DNA from: a virus
Taxonomy: Duplodnaviria; Caudoviricetes
DNA length: 26,205 nucleotides
IMG/VR virus record: IMGVR_UViG_3300032290_000052
Span: 1-26,205 of that record
Reading direction: 5' to 3' (one strand)
The translations under genes were made by a program, and so were the position numbers. Under the pieces are notes generated by a model. That model was not told the DNA's origin and did not search any database. It saw only the letters and a list, made by a program, of their open reading frames with translations. Positions 24,018-26,205 of this stretch are shown here, in pieces (within the stretch, counting starts at the first letter, position 1; every line of letters begins with the position of its first letter).

Positions 24018-24252
24018 TGTTCTCCTCCTTAAAGTAGCTCATCATTTCTGCGTTCATTTTTGCTTGCGCCCATTTTTGTGGGCCTGACAACTGCATTAGC
24101 GCTAGCGAGAATTGCACAAAATTCTGCAACTTTTCTAGCTCTAACTCATCAACTTCGCCTCGGCGAATACTTTTAAACACTTGCGCAATGCCGATGCGAT
24201 TGCCATTGATTATTGCTTCCCAATCAAAGTCAATCTTCTTTTTCTTAGGCAT
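24010..24252 (-). CDS. Hypothetical protein (80 aa)
   Basis: AAGGA RBS; 8-bp overlaps with both neighbours. Confidence 0.7.
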   Translation of the reverse strand: MPKKKKIDFDWEAIINGNRIGIAQVFKSIRRGEVDELELEKLQNFVQFSLALMQLSGPQKWAQAKMNAEMMSYFKEENND

Positions 24253-24553
24253 TTTTTTCCTTTAGCTTGGCTTCAATGGCGCGGATAAACTTGGCAAGCA
24301 ACGGCGCTTCAACGTGATGCAGCCCATCAAATACCGTCAACATCCCTACTTCCTCATCCGTCAGCCCCTGCCATTCGCGCTGTGGCGGGGCGGTGTAGAG
24401 TGCAATTGGCTTAAATACGCTTTGCGGTTTTTTCCATCGAAAGTATTTATGACCTACGGCGTTTTCGCATAAGTAGGCCACCGGCTCCTGCTCTATCGGC
24501 TGCGTATAGTTCGGCTTGCCACCTGAGTACGTCTTTACCCACGGTTCAATCAT
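24245..24553 (-). CDS. Hypothetical protein with EPVA / LYTAP / WQGLTDEE modules
   Basis: QEPVAY...PIALYTAPPQREWQGLTDEE...FIRAIEAKLKEKN: mosaic early-gene modules that I associate with proteobacterial phages. Confidence 0.75.
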   Translation of the reverse strand: MIEPWVKTYSGGKPNYTQPIEQEPVAYLCENAVGHKYFRWKKPQSVFKPIALYTAPPQREWQGLTDEEVGMLTVFDGLHHVEAPLLAKFIRAIEAKLKEKNA

Positions 24554-24747
24554 GCTGCCCTCGCGTATAGTTTTTTCATAATGGCTCTTACATCAGAAAC
24601 TTTACCCGACCGATTCATATAAATGCTTTCGGTCTTATGCGCCAAACATGGCGCGCAAATCCATCGGCCACTTGATCTGGTTTTGCGAAACTCACCTCCG
24701 TCAACGTCTCTGGTGCTTTGGCAACTGGTGCAGAATTTAGTATTCAT
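24550..24747 (-). CDS. Small zinc-finger protein (65 aa)
   Basis: FCTSCQ...RWICAPC; GGAGG RBS. Confidence 0.7.
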   Translation of the reverse strand: MNTKFCTSCQSTRDVDGGEFRKTRSSGRWICAPCLAHKTESIYMNRSGKVSDVRAIMKKLYARAA

Positions 24748-26090
24748 TTCAGTTCCTCCAACGCGACATCTGATATAGCGCGCTTGTCTTTTAATGCGCC
24801 GAGTATTTTTTCGTCTACTGTTTTATCAGTCATCATGATGTATACCCACACTGCGCGCATTTGACCGGAACGATGGAGCCGGCCGATGGTTTGCTCGTAG
24901 AGTTCCAAACTCCACGGCAACGACAGAAAGACCATATGGCATCCTCCATACTGTAAATTAAGGCCATGTCCTGCTGATTTTGGATGCACAGCGAGTAACT
25001 CCACTTCGCCTCGGTTCCATCGTTCAATCGCGTCCGTTTCATCCAACGTAACCACCTTGGGATGCCGCTTTTTAATTTCTGCAAGCTCTTCCTGATACAT
25101 ATACGCAATGATCGTATTCGCATGTTGATTCTCCTCTAGTAATTCTGCTAGTCGGTCAAACTTATGCGGGCTAAACCAAATGGCCGTTTTTGTTGTAGCA
25201 AACTTGCCTGGTTGAATTAGCGCCTGTGTTTCTGTCTGATAAACAAAACCCGATGACATCTGTTGCAACTTACCTGTGACTACTGCCGCGTTTGCTGCTA
25301 TTGCTCTATCGTCCCCACCAAACTCCACTACAAAATCACGCTTCATTTTTGCGTAGTGCGTCATGTCCATTGTGCTGCGCACTTCAACGACGTTTAACGG
25401 TGGCAACGTGTCGCTGTACTCGCCAGGCTCTAATAGATACGTCGCTGGTTTAATCTTCTGCATCACTGCTTGTAAGCCACCGCGCTTGGGCATCCACTCA
25501 CCATAGTCGCGATTAACCAAAATAAAGTGCTGCTGCATGAACGCGCCCTTACTGCGGCCCAACAACTTCTCGTTGATGATCTTGCATTGCCCAAATACGT
25601 CTTCTAACCCATTGCTAGTAAACGATCCGGTTAAGCCCCAACGAATAGCAAACTGGTCAATCACTTTATGCAACGCTTTAAATCTGGCGCCGGATGGATT
25701 CTTTAATCGTGTCAGCTCATCAAACACAATTGCATCAAACCCAGCCACACCGTAATCCGCTAACCATTGCAGGTTGTCGTAATTGATAACAACAATGTCG
25801 GACGCTTTATCAATTGCGCGCAATCGATCTAAGGGTGAGCCGACAGCTAAGTTCAGCGTAAGAGTTGGTGCCCACTTCGGCAATTCAACAGGCCAGACGT
25901 CAGTACAAACGCGCTTAGGTGCAACAACTAAAAATCGTTTCGCATGTCCGTCTTTAATCATCGCGGCCATTGCCGTTAACGTGATCGCAGTCTTACCAGC
26001 ACCAACGGGCGCTAAGATCATTGCCTTATCATTCCCGTACAGGAAGTCAGCTGCTTCGTCTTGGTAAGGTCTGAGTTTTAACCCACTCAT
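24744..26090 (-). CDS. SNF2-like superfamily 2 helicase
   Basis: Q motif LRPYQ, Walker A GAGKT, Walker B VFDELT, motif III LTGS, SAGHGLNLQ, motif VI QTIGRLHRSGQ. Confidence 0.93.
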   Translation of the reverse strand: MSGLKLRPYQDEAADFLYGNDKAMILAPVGAGKTAITLTAMAAMIKDGHAKRFLVVAPKRVCTDVWPVELPKWAPTLTLNLAVGSPLDRLRAIDKASDIVVINYDNLQWLADYGVAGFDAIVFDELTRLKNPSGARFKALHKVIDQFAIRWGLTGSFTSNGLEDVFGQCKIINEKLLGRSKGAFMQQHFILVNRDYGEWMPKRGGLQAVMQKIKPATYLLEPGEYSDTLPPLNVVEVRSTMDMTHYAKMKRDFVVEFGGDDRAIAANAAVVTGKLQQMSSGFVYQTETQALIQPGKFATTKTAIWFSPHKFDRLAELLEENQHANTIIAYMYQEELAEIKKRHPKVVTLDETDAIERWNRGEVELLAVHPKSAGHGLNLQYGGCHMVFLSLPWSLELYEQTIGRLHRSGQMRAVWVYIMMTDKTVDEKILGALKDKRAISDVALEELK

Positions 26091-26205
26091 CGATCTTTTC
26101 CTTAGAATTTAGTAATGCGTACTTCTGATGCAAATCCAACACCGTGTCTCGAAAGATTACTTGTAGCGGTGACAGCTTGCCGCGTGGTGCTTTCAATTCT
26201 ACAAA
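26047..26205 (-). CDS. VRR-NUC domain nuclease, C-terminal part (5' end outside the window)
   Basis: Own translation FVELKAPRGKLSPLQVIFRDTVLDLHQKYALLNSKEKIDEWV...; FVELK..G.LS..Q motif; upstream of an SNF2 helicase. Confidence 0.85.
   Translation of the reverse strand, partial: FVELKAPRGKLSPLQVIFRDTVLDLHQKYALLNSKEKIDEWVKTQTLPRRSS

Larger units (their letters stand above)
1..26205. mobile_element. Tailed dsDNA bacteriophage genome segment, podovirus-like head/tail/ejection/lysis modules
   Basis: Gene order terS-terL-portal-scaffold-capsid-adaptor-nozzle-fibre-ejection proteins-lysis; no tape-measure or tail tube gene; tight or overlapping gene packing; no host housekeeping genes. Confidence 0.96.

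Noticed and set aside
24833-26067. ORFs 24833..25123 (-), 25537..25755 (+) and 25783..26067 (+)
   Set aside because: They are nested in the SNF2 helicase with no independent signals.
1-26205. Alternative genetic code, tRNA genes or auxiliary metabolic genes
   Set aside because: Core genes are intact under the standard code, no cloverleaf was seen in the short intergenic gaps, and no clear metabolic enzyme was recognised.

Overview
About 26 kb of a tailed dsDNA phage with podovirus-type (P22/T7-like) morphogenesis. The + strand runs: small and large terminase, portal, a collagen/fibre module, scaffold, major capsid, decoration and small basic proteins, tail adaptor and nozzle, tail fibre with chaperone, cupin, three putative ejection proteins, and an unusually large lysis cassette (about 8 genes, including a GH19 endolysin and an embedded Rz/Rz1 spanin pair). 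A convergent - strand block holds small early genes, an SNF2-type helicase and a truncated VRR-NUC nuclease. Spanins indicate a Gram-negative host; a betaproteobacterial host is inferred but not shown. The most striking element is the non-coding region upstream of terS (about 400-826). It packs two inverted XerCD dif-like sites around a G-quadruplex motif, two tandem SlmA-box-like palindromes, a KOPS octamer and phased A-tracts, which suggests a cluster of host chromosome-segregation/division signals. No integrase, tRNA, CRISPR array or reverse transcriptase was seen. All family assignments come from motif recognition by eye, not database searches.
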